A stretch of 64,000 nt of DNA, taken from positions 46,729,743 to 46,793,742 of the forward strand of contig NC_068993.1 in assembly GCF_001194135.2 (NCBI RefSeq), in the 5' to 3' direction. The notes under the pieces were generated by a model. It saw nothing but the letters and a program-made list of their open reading frames with translations. It searched no databases and was not told the DNA's origin. A program made the translations under genes and the position numbers. Source of the stretch: Octopus bimaculoides (taxonomy: Eukaryota). Of the stretch, positions 25,407 to 37,623 are shown piece after piece. Every line of letters begins with the position of its first letter. Position 1 is the stretch's first letter.

Positions 25407-25735
25407 ATTGGAGGAGGCCTGTGTCAATTTCTGGGCAATCATTAGTTCCATAACAGTCATAAAAATGGAATAAATGAGTGTGCCAAGTTATAAGATTTTA
25501 GGAATGGCTCTTGAAATGAAGCAAATTTTGAAAAAAATCTAGTTTTTGTGGAACATATCCTACTTCATTGCCTAATGTGTCCTTTTCGAAGATGGCAGTG
25601 TGTGACTCGAGGCAGATTTAGCTGCTATATCTACCATATCATGTGAATTTGTAGGTACTTCTTCATTGTAATTTGGACTGTCCATTTCTAGTCCTTCCTC
25701 TTTCTCTATTCAGTATGTCTTTTGCTTTGTTGTAG

Positions 25736-25836
25736 CTGAAGAAGCGAAAGAAATTTTGGGTGAATCTCCAATGTTTTCATCATTATTACCTTTGGTATTG
25801 GCCTACATTGGACCTGTCGCCACACAAGACCCAAGG
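25736..25836 (+). CDS. MYCBP2: MYCBP2 exon 18 (phase 1-0)
   Basis: gttgtag| and |gtaagc; EILGESPMFSSLLPLVLAYIGPVATQDPR. Confidence 0.94.
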
Positions 25837-25966
25837 GTAAGCTCAATACTTTCCAAGTATTTCTGTCTCTTTCACATCCACCTACTCATCACTTCATCTT
25901 TTGTTTTATTTCTCTACTTCTTTTTTCAGTTCCATTCTATAACTGTTTCTCTTTGCCTCTTTCTCC

Positions 25967-26720
25967 TTTCCCTCTCCTCTCACTCTTTCCCTCTCCTCTC
26001 ACTCTTTCCCTCTCCTCTCACTCTTTCCCTCTCCTCTCACTCTTTCCCTCTCCTCTCACTCTTTCCCTCTCCTCTCACTCTTTCCCTCTCCTCTCACTCN
26101 NNNNNNNNNNNNNNNNNNNNNNNNNNNNNNNNNNNNNNNNNNNNNNNNNNNNNNNNNNNNNNNNNNNNNNNNNNNNNNNNNNNNNNNNNNNNNNNNNNNN
26201 NNNNNNNNNNNNNNNNNNNNNNNNNNNNNNNNNNNNNNNNNNNNNNNNNNNNNNNNNNNNNNNNNNNNNNNNNNNNNNNNNNNNNNNNNNNNNNNNNNNN
26301 NNNNNNNNNNNNNNNNNNNNNNNNNNNNNNNNNNNNNNNNNNNNNNNNNNNNNNNNNNNNNNNNNNNNNNNNNNNNNNNNNNNNNNNNNNNNNNNNNNNN
26401 NNNNNNNNNNNNNNNNNNNNNNNNNNNNNNNNNNNNNNNNNNNNNNNNNNNNNNNNNNNNNNNNNNNNNNNNNNNNNNNNNNNNNNNNNNNNNNNNNNNN
26501 NNNNNNNNNNNNNNNNNNNNNNNNNNNNNNNNNNNNNNNNNNNNNNNNNNNNNNNNNNNNNNNNNNNNNNNNNNNNNNNNNNNNNNNNNNNNNNNNNNNN
26601 NNNNNNNNNNNNTCTCTCTCTGTTGCTCTCTCTCTGTTGCTCTCTCTCTGTTGCTCTCTCTCTGTTGCTCTCTCTCTGTTGCTCTCTCTCTGTTGCTCTC
26701 TCTCTGTTGCTCTCTCTCTG
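25967..26720 (+). repeat. pyrimidine-rich minisatellites (19-bp CTCTTTCCCTCTCCTCTCA and 14-bp CTCTCTCTCTGTTG) flanking a 512-N gap
   Basis: direct inspection; gap 26100-26611. Confidence 0.85.
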
Positions 26721-27021
26721 TTGCTCTCTCTCTGTCTGTTACTGTCTCTCTTTGTTATTCTCTTTTTGTTGCTCTCTCCCTCTTTGTTGCTCTCTCTCTC
26801 TTTGCTCTCTCTCTCTCACTTTGTTGGTCTCTCTCTTTGTTGCTCTCTTACACACTGCCTGTCACTCTCCCACCTCATTTCTCTCTCTCTCTCTCTCTCA
26901 CACACTCTGTCTATCACTCTTTCTCTGTTGTTCTCTGTCACTTCTTCCCTCCTTCTTTTATTTCCTCTCTCTCCGCTATCATTATTTCACCATTTACCCA
27001 TCTCTCTCTCTACATTGACAG

Positions 27022-27219
27022 GGTGCTGTACAGATATTAGGACTGATCCATGATGTGTTACCTGCAGTAGTGGCCTTAAACAGCCAGAATGTGCTCACAT
27101 CCTATGCTGGCCATCAAGATGGAATGTTATCAGAATCTGACACTTGTGGTACCAACCAGCATTATTGTCTCATTGAAAGTGACCATCCTTACAAACCAGC
27201 TACTGTGGCAAATTACAAG
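27022..27219 (+). CDS. MYCBP2: MYCBP2 exon 19 (phase 0-0)
   Basis: ttgacag| and |gtgacc; GLIHDVLPAVVALN...HYCLIESDHPYKPATVANYK. Confidence 0.94.
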
Positions 27220-27417
27220 GTGACCACATACCATTTACCTCTATTTTTGTTGTTGTTTACTGAATCTCAGGTCAGCCCCTGATTGAACAAAACCTATGAT
27301 GAAACAGAGATTGTCTTTGTTTAGCCCTATGCCAGGCTTCATGCAGCAGATCTATGATCATAGCATTCCAATCATGACCTAACCCCACACTATTATTCAA
27401 TGTATCTTTTTTTTAAG

Positions 27418-27858
27418 GTTCGACGACTGGCACCCATGCCAACGTTGTCTCCTTCATCGGACATGAAACTCGGCTTGCGAAGACCTGTTGGGGCAAGCAA
27501 AACCGAAATCGTGAAGGCACCTGTGCCCAGCGTCGCCTTCCTGGCACTTGTGCTGGTGGCATGTGTAAGACATTTGAGCGAGATCGTTGCCAGTGCTGCT
27601 GGACTGGCTCCTGTGCAGGTGGCACGTAAAATACATTTTGAGCGTGGCCATTGCCAGTACCGCCTGACTGGCCCTCATGCCGGTGGCACGTAAAAGCACC
27701 CACTACACTCTCGAAGTGGTTGGCGTTAAGAAGGGCATCCAGCTGTAGAAACTCTGCCAAATCAGATTGGAGCCTGGCGTTGCCATCCGGTTTCACCAGT
27801 CCTCAGTCAAATCATCCAACCCATGGAAAGTGGACGTTAAACGATGATGATGATGATG
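27418..27858 (+). mobile_element. short element with an RTE-type (GAT)n tail and internal ~60-bp subrepeats
   Basis: ends ggacgttaaacgatgatgatgatg; contains ggttggcgttaagaagggcatccagctgtagaaac; ggcacgtaaaa subrepeats. Confidence 0.8.
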
Positions 27859-28077
27859 TAGAGTGGGGTGACTTAAGAGTAATTTAGCTGCTATTTCTAA
27901 TAGGTCACCACACACACACTCACACATTTTGGAGGATAAATACATATAGATTTGTAAAAGTGAGGGGTTTGAGGTAACTAATGTTACTGGTGAAGGGGAG
28001 TAGTAGGGGGAGGAGGTAAACTAAAAGGAACATCTGCAAATTTGAAAAATGTTGAAGGAAACTGCCAAGAGACATGC

Positions 28078-28118
<41 letters not shown>

Positions 28119-28413
28119 ACACAAGTTTAAGTACAGGTACCTTGTAAGCAGACCTAGATTTTTGATGGACAGTACATACTTAATGTTTCCAGCTATGAAG
28201 TGGATGTAGGATGAGTCTCTCTCCCTGGATAGGAAACTAAATCTTCATTGACACCTTGTATCAGATTAAAGCTTTCTGTCTGTGTGTTACTGTCCACTCT
28301 GCATGAGTGTGGTTGTGTTGGTGTGTTACTCATGTGTCAGTTGTCTTGTGTGTTTTCATATGTATGCTTTTAACCCTAGGTCAACCTTAATCCAGTAAAC
28401 CTATGATCTAAGG

Positions 28414-28686
28414 CAGGGGTTTTCAAACTGTGGTCCGCGGACCGCAGGGGCTCTGTGGACAGCAATTACTTTATATGGGCAATTTGATTTTATATATGTT
28501 TTTTAATCGAAATCTTTTAATTGACAATAAACCTATTTGTTAAATACTGTTAAATAAATAAATGTAAAAATATGTTATTTTAAGCAAATATTTATGTATA
28601 AATTTCATAAGCGTTTATAAGGGGGTCCCTAAGGTAAAGCCTGAAATATAAAGGGGTCCGCAAGTCAAAAAGTTTGAAAACCCCTG
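28414..28686. mobile_element. hAT-superfamily MITE (273 bp)
   Basis: perfect 16-bp TIRs caggggttttcaaact / agtttgaaaacccctg and perfect 8-bp TSD ATCTAAGG (28406-28413 and 28687-28694). Confidence 0.92.
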
Positions 28687-28857
28687 ATCTAAGGCAATAA
28701 ATTCTTCTGTTCAGCAAAACCACCTGCCAGGGACTTGAACTTACATTTCTTGTTTTTGTAGTTCAATACATTGTCCACTCTGGTAATAATATTCAAGCAG
28801 CTAATTGTTTTCTGTTTAATTAAATCAATTGTTAACATCATGTGTAATTCTTTTCAG

Positions 28858-29092
28858 GTGTGCTTCCCAAGCACCGTCCGATGGATGGTGCTGGAATTTG
28901 ATGTACAGTGTGGCACTGCACAGGCTGAGGACACTCTGCAACTGTACATCCCAAGTCGGGTCAAAGAAAACAGTCTCTGTCCACTGACCGGCCAAGAAGA
29001 GGAGGAAGAGCAACAATCAACATCGGTGTTATGGCCAGTTCTGAAGAAATTCCATGGCAACAACTGGCCAAAAGCTGCTGTCGTTTTACCTG
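28858..29092 (+). CDS. MYCBP2: MYCBP2 exon 20 (phase 0-1)
   Basis: ttttcag| and |gtcagt; VCFPSTVRWMVLEFDVQCGTAQAEDTLQL...LKKFHGNNWPKAAVVLP. Confidence 0.95.
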
Positions 29093-30010
29093 GTCAGTTT
29101 ATATATTACAAACACACACACACACACACAAACACACATGCACACACACACACACACACACACAGTATCATACATATATACACATATATGCCTTTTCACT
29201 TGGCCAGTTTATTTGTCATGCATTCACATACACACACTACAGCTCCCATGCATATGCACACATTTGCAGAATTAGTGTCTAAGACATTCTGGTCATGACC
29301 TTCCCTTGTTGTATATCTAAAATGTTATTTCTAATGGGTTAAGTTAGACTCCTTTGTTGCAAGTAGATTTGAAAATAAAGGCATTCTAACCGTGACCAAA
29401 ATGTCTTTTTGTATATCTAAGACATTGTTCAATGTGTTCTTCCTTTTTAAAGACAGACGAATGTGATTTAAACCAGCCACATTCATCCCAAATATTCTGT
29501 TCTATGTTCAAACCAGTCAAATCTGGCCTCTTACACCCACCCTGTAATGTCATTTTAAAGATAAATGATCCCATCTTTGAAACACTGAAACTCCAAAATA
29601 GTACATGATTAATTCAAAACAGTGTGAATGAATAAGCTTTACATTTGACAAAGGAATCTGGCTACTATTTTTCCCATGCTGGCTCATTAAAACAGGATAT
29701 GTTGGTGGAAGTGAGATGTTGAGAGAGAGAGAGAGCTACTTAAGGTGGAAGATGGTAACAATGGGCAGTAACTGTTGTAGTAGAGGTAGGAGAATAAAAG
29801 AGAGGCCATAGCATGTTGATGAAATTGTGGTTGTGATGGGTTGATTATTTGCTGTTTTCCTATCAGTTTAATGAAGAGTAAAATGTTTATGTTCATATAA
29901 TAACCAGAGAAATATTGTACACTCATTACTGAAGTTGAATTGGTGTTGTTCTTATTAATGTTGATGGTGATGTTGTTGATGTCTTTTTAACTACTTTTTG
30001 TTTTTAACAG

Positions 30011-30129
30011 GGAATGAAGTAACTTTTTCACTGGAAAGTGCCTCGGATTATGTTAAAGATGAGAAGGCTTGCTTCTTTGGCTTCAAGTGTATGGTAACAG
30101 GCTATGAATGGAGTAGTAAACCTGAAGAA
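30011..30129 (+). CDS. MYCBP2: MYCBP2 exon 21 (phase 1-0)
   Basis: ttaacag| and |gtaagt; GNEVTFSLESASDYVKDEKACFFGFKCMVTGYEW. Confidence 0.96.
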
Positions 30130-30335
30130 GTAAGTATATCCTGATGTAGTATTATCTATTGATGATGTTGTTGCTATACAGGAAAGGGTGTTTCATTCCT
30201 CAGACACTGATGGTCCAAATACCTGTAATGTAATAGAAATTAGTTCAATTCACTATACTTTTCTCACCTTCATACATGTGTGGCCTTTGCAGATGATTAT
30301 AATGATTATAATTATTATGATCACTAAGATGACGG

Positions 30336-30780
30336 TCTTGCAGAACTGTCAGTGTGATGGGCAAAGTGCTTAGCAGCATTTGTTTTGGTTCTTTATCTTC
30401 TGAGTTCAAATTCTGTCAAAGTCAACTTTGTTGTTCATCCTTTTGGGGTTGATAAAATAACTACCAGTTGATATTATCGACTGACCTACTCCCCCTAAAA
30501 ATACTGACCTTGTGCTAAAATTTGAAATCGTTGTTGTTGCTGTTGCTAGTAGTAGTAGTTGTAATGATTAGGCTGGAGATCCAACCAAATGTGTACCAGT
30601 TGAGCACTGGGGGGTCAATGTAATCGACTAACCCCTTCCCCCCAAATTTCAGATCTTAGGCCTGTAATAGAAAATGTTATTATTAAGGAGGGCGAGCTGG
30701 CAGAATTATTAGCATGCCAGACAGAATGCTTAGAGGCTTTTGTCTGTCTTTACATTCTGAGTTTAAATATCACCAAAATC
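30336..30780 (+). mobile_element. train of three SINE pieces
   Basis: copies or fragments at about 30336-30527, 30575-30680 and 30686-30780. Confidence 0.7.
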
Positions 30781-30891
30781 ACTTGTGGTGTGTTGCATTT
30801 TGATATGCCTCAATCCTTTATGGATCCTTTGTAATTGGAATTGCATATGTATGTACACATATATATATATAAATGTATATACATGTGCGTT

Positions 30892-30983
<92 letters not shown>

Positions 30984-31163
30984 TACCATCATCATCGTTT
31001 AACGTCCGCTTTCCATGCTAGCATGGGTTGGACGATTTGACTGAGGACTGGTGAAACCGGATGGCAACACCAGGCTCCTATCTCATATATATATGTTAAA
31101 TAAAATGAGACAATAAATCCAAAGCGGTGTAAAATTTCTTGAACATTCATAAAGAGAAAGGTA

Positions 31164-31202
31164 GTCTTATAGCTGTTTCTGGGATATCCCTTCATCAGAG
31201 AC
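31164..31202 (-). ncRNA. minimal hammerhead ribozyme-like motif inside a short TA-flanked insertion (about 31085-31268)
   Basis: minus strand GTCT CTGATGA A GGG-atat-CCC A GAAAC agct ATA AGAC; stem I GTCT/AGAC, palindromic AGCT loop; ATA instead of GTA. Confidence 0.6.
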
Positions 31203-31470
31203 AATATGAGAGGGTTAAACGGAAGGAAAAAGTAGAGTTCCATATAAGAAGTTGTTTTGGATTATATATATGTTTTATCTACTCCATTTCTTAAGTCTTG
31301 GATTTTTATTTGCATACCTGGCAACCCTGGCTGCTGACTCTGAAATATAAAATAATCTTTTACAGCATATCGCACCTTCCCCATCAATAAACCATAATTT
31401 TTCCTGAATGTTATATATTTTATATGGATTGCTTGAAGCTCACTATCTTCCTACACCTTGATCCTTGGAT

Positions 31471-31510
<40 letters not shown>

Positions 31511-31700
31511 GTATGTATGAGTATGATATCTACAAAGTTCCACTCAGAAACAATTGTTCACTCTGAGGCTACAGTTGAAGACTGTTACCTTAAGTGTGCT
31601 ATCAGTGATATGAAACCCAGAAGCCCATTAGTTGCAAAACAAAACTTCTTAACCGCACAGTTATGCATGGTGATTCACTTAGATATCTTTATTGTTTCAG

Positions 31701-31788
31701 GCTGTGTTTCACTTGGAGAGAGAATTATCTTTCCTTGGTGGTATGTGTGCCTCCGCCTTAATGAGAAAAGACCTGACACTTCCTGCAG
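31701..31788 (+). CDS. MYCBP2: MYCBP2 exon 22 (phase 0-1)
   Basis: gtttcag| and |gtaaga; LERELSFLGGMCASALMRKDLTLP. Confidence 0.95.
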
Positions 31789-32861
31789 GTAAGAGCACAA
31801 CGCAATTCTTTGTCTTCCTTTCCTTTGTAAAACTGTTCTCAGTATTCTCTTCTTGAAGAACTTAATACTCAAATGCTCAGGTAATTGTGTGAGCTTGATA
31901 AATTTGACATGAGGACGATGGTAAAAATTGTAGTTTCAGCTCAGATCATGTGATATATTACTTAGTTGCAAGTTTTTTTTTTGAATATTTTATGAAGAAA
32001 ACAAATTCTTTAATTTGATTCAGTAGAGTTATTCCAGGTTTTTATGTGTCCTTGTTATGGGTGATATTGTGACTCACTTTGACAGATATGTTTGTGAAAA
32101 TGGTTCAGCATTTTTTTGCACTTGTAAGTTTAGTTCTTTTAATAGACAGGTAGAACAAGCATAGTAGGAGTGAGCACAAAAATAACATATGAAGATTGAA
32201 TTGTTTATGTTGACTGGTTTGCTTATTGCTATGGGAGATAGATTCTGTTTTACTGCAGTTCCAGATATGCTTCTGAGAAGAATGGAATTCAACAGATAAA
32301 CATCTCTGTTGCCTTGAGCCATTTCTACAGAATATGTTGAATCAAGAGTTCTCAAGGTGTTTTATTGTGTGTTGACAAATGAGATCCTGAAAATAACAGA
32401 ATTTCAAGTGTTCTCCTCTCAATATGCATTGGTAGTTATGGCCCAAAATTTACAATGTTTGGCAAATCCATGTAGTGTTGTGACATGAAATTCAATAACG
32501 TCATCTGGTTACTGTTTTTTGTGATTGGAAATGGAATCTGCCAAAAAATGGTATTCTGTTGTTGAAGAAAATGAAATCGAGGATGACTTTTGCAGTCAAG
32601 AACGAGATGGATTGGGTGGGGCTGTTTTTGGATTCTGACAATTTGGTACAGCTGATTGAACATTCAACTTGCTTTGGTAACAACATAATTTGGTACTAGA
32701 GGACAAACACATGCATACACACATTCACATACAATGTGTGTAAAAATTAAAGAGCAGTATGTGCATGTGTGTATGTGCCTGTGAGAGATTTTTGTTTATT
32801 AATTGGACACAGTTGACATAAACATTTTTCTTCTTCTCATACAAATAAAAAGAAATTTACT

Positions 32862-32899
<38 letters not shown>

Positions 32900-33438
32900 A
32901 GGGAAGGAATAAATGAGAAAAACATTAAAACATCTGATATCAAATAAGTCAGCAGTGAATTAATGATACCAAAACATGTCATACTCTGTTACTGTATTGT
33001 GGTCAGTATGGCTGAAGATTGAAATGGAGATGAAGATATTATGTGAAGTAAATCTTAGTTGTTTAACTGAGTCTGGGAATTCAGCCAGAAAATTTGACAA
33101 TACATTTTTCCAGTATGTCCCCTCTGTGCTAGCATCTGAAATGATATCAGAGTGATGTAGCTAAAGAAATTCCTTTCCATTGTTGTTGTCGCTGTTGCTC
33201 TTGTTTTATTTTATTATTGAAAGACATCCCTCAGAATACTTTTGTTTTGAAATTGTGAAAATGTTCATCTTTGTATTTATATTTGAGCTAAATAAGAGTT
33301 GCTGAGAAGTATGTTGTTTAGTTGGCTCAAATATATTACTTGAATATATGAGTTACAAGTGTGTGTGCATTGACTTTTTTTAGCAAATATTGGTTGTCAG
33401 TCTTCAGACTGTATATAGATATTAATTGAAGCAAACGG

Positions 33439-33695
33439 TATTATATATCCATTACGGTTGATCTTAATGATTGGTTTTCCATTAGGGGTTCAATGGAGTG
33501 TCAGCTAAAAGTTTGATTATGTAATCCTGTGCTCTTCAGAGATGGCAGTTATTGAATGGAGCAGTTGCCATATTTCATTCCATAACTACCACCTCTGAAG
33601 AGCACAGGGTTACATAACTGGTTTGTTATCTAACACTCTATTAAACTTTGAGTGTGAAACTGGTTGGTAAGATTGACCATAATGGATACATAATA
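33439..33695. mobile_element. foldback/palindromic element with about 120-bp imperfect arms
   Basis: left tattatatatccattac...ctgtgctcttcagag...gaatg is the reverse complement of right cattcc...ctctgaagagcacag...aatggatacataata; single-arm copy at 59250-59369. Confidence 0.7.
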
Positions 33696-33824
33696 TTGTA
33701 TACTTTGTTTAATATACCCACTCTACTGACAAATATATGAGTGCACTTTTTTTTCAGATTTATGTATTCTTAGATGCTATATATGTATATATACACACAC
33801 GCACGTGTGTATCTACATATAGGC

Positions 33825-33858
<34 letters not shown>

Positions 33859-33882
33859 CATATTTCTTTTGTATTTGATTAG

Positions 33883-33935
33883 GAGCTGAAGATATTGATG
33901 AAGATTTAGACTCTGTAGAAGAAGGGGCTCAGTTG
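33883..33935 (+). CDS. MYCBP2: MYCBP2 exon 23 (phase 1-0)
   Basis: tgattag| and |gtcagt; GAEDIDEDLDSVEEGAQL (human ELEEDLEILEEAALQ). Confidence 0.9.
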
Positions 33936-34065
33936 GTCAGTACTTTTTTTCTTCTCTTTATCCTTATTAACTATTTTACACCATTAAAATTGAATGCTCT
34001 TTCAATTGTGTAACACATAAGACAGCAAGCTAATTAATCAGTGCATTAACTAATATGAAAGCATA

Positions 34066-34281
34066 TTCTTTTCTACTCTAGGCACAAGGCCCAAAATTTT
34101 TGGGGAGGGGGCTAGTCGATTAAATCAACCTCAGTACACAACTGGTACTTAATTTATCGACCCCGAAAGGATAGAAAGCAAAATAGACCTCAGTGGAATT
34201 TGAACTCAGAATGTAAAGACAGATGAAATACCGCTAAGCATTTCGCCCGGCGTGCTAACATTTCTGCCAGCTCGCAGCCTT
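34066..34281 (-). mobile_element. tRNA-headed SINE (tail type C), reverse
   Basis: gcatttcgcccggcgtgctaacatttctgccagctcgc head end; tail on minus strand ...gggccttgtgcctagagtagaaaag. Confidence 0.8.
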
Positions 34282-34766
34282 CCAATAAGAAAGCATATTG
34301 TTCCACCCATGCCAGCATGGAAGACAGACGTTAAACGATGATGATGATGATTGATATTTTTAAAATTGTGCTTTGTAATAAAAATACACGGACCATATTA
34401 GAGTTTTTAACATTTTAGTAGTTAGTCTCAGGTTAGCTGTGATCGAAGCCATTCCAATTATATACATACTGTCTCCTGAGTCTTTGCTGGTGAAATTTCA
34501 GTCACAGTTCTCTTACATTCCATTTGAATAAGCCCTCTTCATCATCATTTTATGTCTAATTTCCACCTTTGCATAGGCTGGATTGATTTTTACAGTCTGT
34601 ATCAGTTCTTATTCAGATTTATTGGTCTCCTCGAGTGGTTGGAGAACTATGTTTTGCTTGGGCAATATATATAAACTGTAATTTTTTGTATAATAACAAT
34701 TCTACTACTATGCACACCTATTGGTGATGATGATGATGTTGATGTTGTTATTTGTTTCTTTCACAG

Positions 34767-34939
34767 GTATTCAATGCTCATTCAACCCTCTTGGATAAAG
34801 GATTTGCACTCTCCCACCCTCCAACAATAATGCAGGCCCTGGAGGGCAACCTTCCCTTCAGCTGGCAATCCAATGAGAGGTCGTTCCTGAAGGACTTTGT
34901 TGCCTGCAAACCTGGCACCAGTGGTGGACGTTTGGCACG
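34767..34939 (+). CDS. MYCBP2: MYCBP2 exon 24 (phase 0-2)
   Basis: ttcacag| and |gtaagt; KGFALSHPPTIMQALEGNLP...DFVACKPGTSGGRLAR. Confidence 0.96.
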
Positions 34940-35009
34940 GTAAGTCCTACTTGAGTCTAACACTTCTTCCCACCCTCACCTTTCCTCTCTTCTCTTTTCT
35001 TCTTCCTCT

Positions 35010-35560
35010 CTATCTCTCTCTCTGCCTCCTCCTCTTTCTCTCTGCCTCCTCCTCTTTCTCTCTGCCTCCTCCTCTTTCTCTCTGCCTCCTCCTCTTTCTC
35101 TCTGTCTCCTCTTCTTTCTCTCTGCCTCCTCCTCTCTCTGTGCCTCCTCCTCTTTCTCTNNNNNNNNNNNNNNNNNNNNNNNNNNNNNNNNNNNNNNNNN
35201 NNNNNNNNNNNNNNNNNNNNNNNNNNNNNNNNNNNNNNNNNNNNNNNNNNNNNNNNNNNNNNNNNNNNNNNNNNNNNNNNNNNNNNNNNNNNNNNNNNNN
35301 NNNNNNNNNNNNNNNNNNNNNNNNTCTCTGCCTCCTCCTCTTTCTCTCTGCCTCCTCCTCTTTCTCTCTGCCTCCTCCTCTTTCTCTCTGCCTCCTCCTC
35401 TTTCTCTCTGCCTCCTCCTCTTTCTCTCTGCCTCCTCCTCTCTCTCTCTGCCTCCTCCTCTCTCTCTCTGCCTCTTCCTCTCTCTCTGTGCCTCTTCCTC
35501 TCTCTCTCTGCCTCTTCCTCTCTCTCTCTGCCTCCTCTCTCTCTGCCTCCTCTCTCTGTG
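35010..35560 (+). repeat. 21-bp pyrimidine minisatellite (TCTCTCTGCCTCCTCCTCTTT) with gap 35160-35324
   Basis: direct inspection. Confidence 0.88.
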
Positions 35561-36088
35561 CCTCCTACTCTCTCCTTCCTACTCTCTGCCTCCTCTCTCT
35601 GCGCCTCCTCTCTCTCTGCCTCCTCTATCTCCCTCTCTCTCTCACTCACTCTCTCTCTCTGATTGATACCCTGCCTATAGCCAATATTGGAGTTCTACTC
35701 AGTCTAGATGAACCTGTTGTAGGCCCCTCGACCCCACAGGTCTTCAGTCTGTCTTGCCACCTAAATGCTGGTCGCTTTGCTCATCACACTGAGCTAAACC
35801 CAATCATTAAACAGCCCCGTGACCCTTCCTCTCTTCTGTTTTTTTTCCCTTCCACACTCCCCTTTTCTCTACTCTTCGTTCTACTCTCATCCTTACTCTT
35901 CCATCCACATCCCTCTCTCCTGCTTTTCCTTCCCACCATTCCTTCTTCCACTGCTCCTCTTCCCCCACAATGACACTCTTTCCTATACTCTTGCCTCCCC
36001 TCTGTCCTCTCACCTCAACACCTCTGCCCCTCCCACCACGATGTTGTCCTGTTTGATGATAGTATCGTTGCCTTTTATGTTCTTCCAG

Positions 36089-36233
36089 TTGGCTACAACC
36101 AGACTCTTATGTGGACCCGCGTCAGTGTGAGGTGATCTACAATAAGGAAGAGTTGAAGTGCAGCTGGCCTGCCATTCTCACTGTCCTCACCAAAGACCAG
36201 TATGGCCAGGTGGTACATGTACCTAACCTCAAG
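36089..36233 (+). CDS. MYCBP2: MYCBP2 exon 25 (phase 2-0)
   Basis: cttccag| and |gtaagc; WLQPDSYVDP...WPAILTVLTKDQYGQVVHVPNLK. Confidence 0.96.
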
Positions 36234-36604
36234 GTAAGCTCACTCCTTAACACTGTCCTCTTGATCAATGCGGGACAATAACTTGTCCCTCCTACTCGTT
36301 TTACAGTAAAGAAGTACATCATAACAGTTTGATGAGGAGGCCTTGCAGTTGCTTGATCTGCTATAACTAGTAGCTAAACCTTCATGAAATATCTCATTGC
36401 CTTAAATATGAGAAGGACATAGATATTATAGTCCTAGATGCTCTTAGAGATATAGTGGTTGTGGTAGAATACCTTTGATCATGGATTTGCTGGAATAGGG
36501 CCGTCCTGGGGCAAAACAACACTTCACTGCGCCTCATTGCATCACACTACAACAATGTACTATATCACACCATGTCTCTTTTTGACAACACACCTCAGCT
36601 CATA

Positions 36605-36950
36605 GCACACCATGGCTCGCGACATGACACGCCATGGCTCGCGACATGCCACGGCTTACATGACACAACATGCCACGGCTTGTGACACGACACGCCACGG
36701 TTCGCAACATGCCACGGCTCACAACACGACACGGCTCGCGACACGCCACGCCATGCCACGCCATGGCTTGCGACATGACACACCATGCCACGGCTCGCGA
36801 CACGACATGCCATGGCTTGTGACATGACATGCCATGGCTCGCGACATGACATGCTATGGCTTGCAACACGACATGCCATGGCTCGCGACATGAAATGCCA
36901 TGGCTTGTGAAATGCCACGACTTGCAACACGCCTCCGCTTGCATCATGCT
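36605..36950 (+). repeat. CpG-containing ~22-bp minisatellite (GCCATGGCTCGCGACATGACAT variants)
   Basis: direct inspection. Confidence 0.85.
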
Positions 36951-37431
36951 ATGGCTTGCAATTTCCCGCAGTTTGCAAGACCCAAGTACTCAGTCCCACA
37001 ACTCATAACACCTCACCATTTGCAACACCCCACCACCCACTACTCGCAACATCCCCAACTTGCAGCACCCTACTACTCACAATGCCCCACCGCACGCAGC
37101 ACCCAACAGCTCTCAACACCATATAGCTCCCAACACCATACAGCTCCCAACATCTTTCAGCTTTCAACACCACACAACACTATATACAGCAGCATAACGT
37201 ACCACACCTCACAACATTGACACCTCATTTCACCACAACACAATGTCTCTCTTCATCTTACAACAACACATCATACTGTTCTGCAACACAACTCATAAGT
37301 TAAAACAGCATTTCTTGCCAGAATATGAACCACGCAATGCAAATGTGGTGTGAACTGTCTCTACCAAACCCTCTTATATACTGATAGTGTTTATATTAAT
37401 TCACATCCCGTTATTTTGATTGAATTTGAAG

Positions 37432-37623
37432 GTGGAAGTTCGAGCAATACCGATTGACTTGAAGGAAACCAGTGGAGAAGACTTCAAGAAAATGAGGCGC
37501 TTAAGCAAGCAGGATGAAGGGGACATGACATTTGGTGGGCACCTGCCTCCACCACTGGACATACCATATGAAGTAACAGTGAAAGACAGAAAAGACATCT
37601 TCCATTCAATCTGTATGATGAAG
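37432..37623 (+). CDS. MYCBP2: MYCBP2 exon 26 (phase 0-0)
   Basis: tttgaag| and |gtaagg; VEVRAIP...MTFGGHLPPPLDIPYE...SICMMK. Confidence 0.92.

Noticed and set aside
25714-25735. Upstream alternative acceptor (attcag) for exon 18
   Set aside because: 22 nt offset shifts the frame into an immediate TGA.
27400-27887. Several overlapping 80-127 aa ORFs
   Set aside because: They lie in a multi-copy RTE-tailed short element also present at 48766 and 2898; no protein motif recognised.
33590-33625. CTGAAGA in the foldback arm as a hammerhead core
   Set aside because: No downstream stem II-GAAA arrangement.
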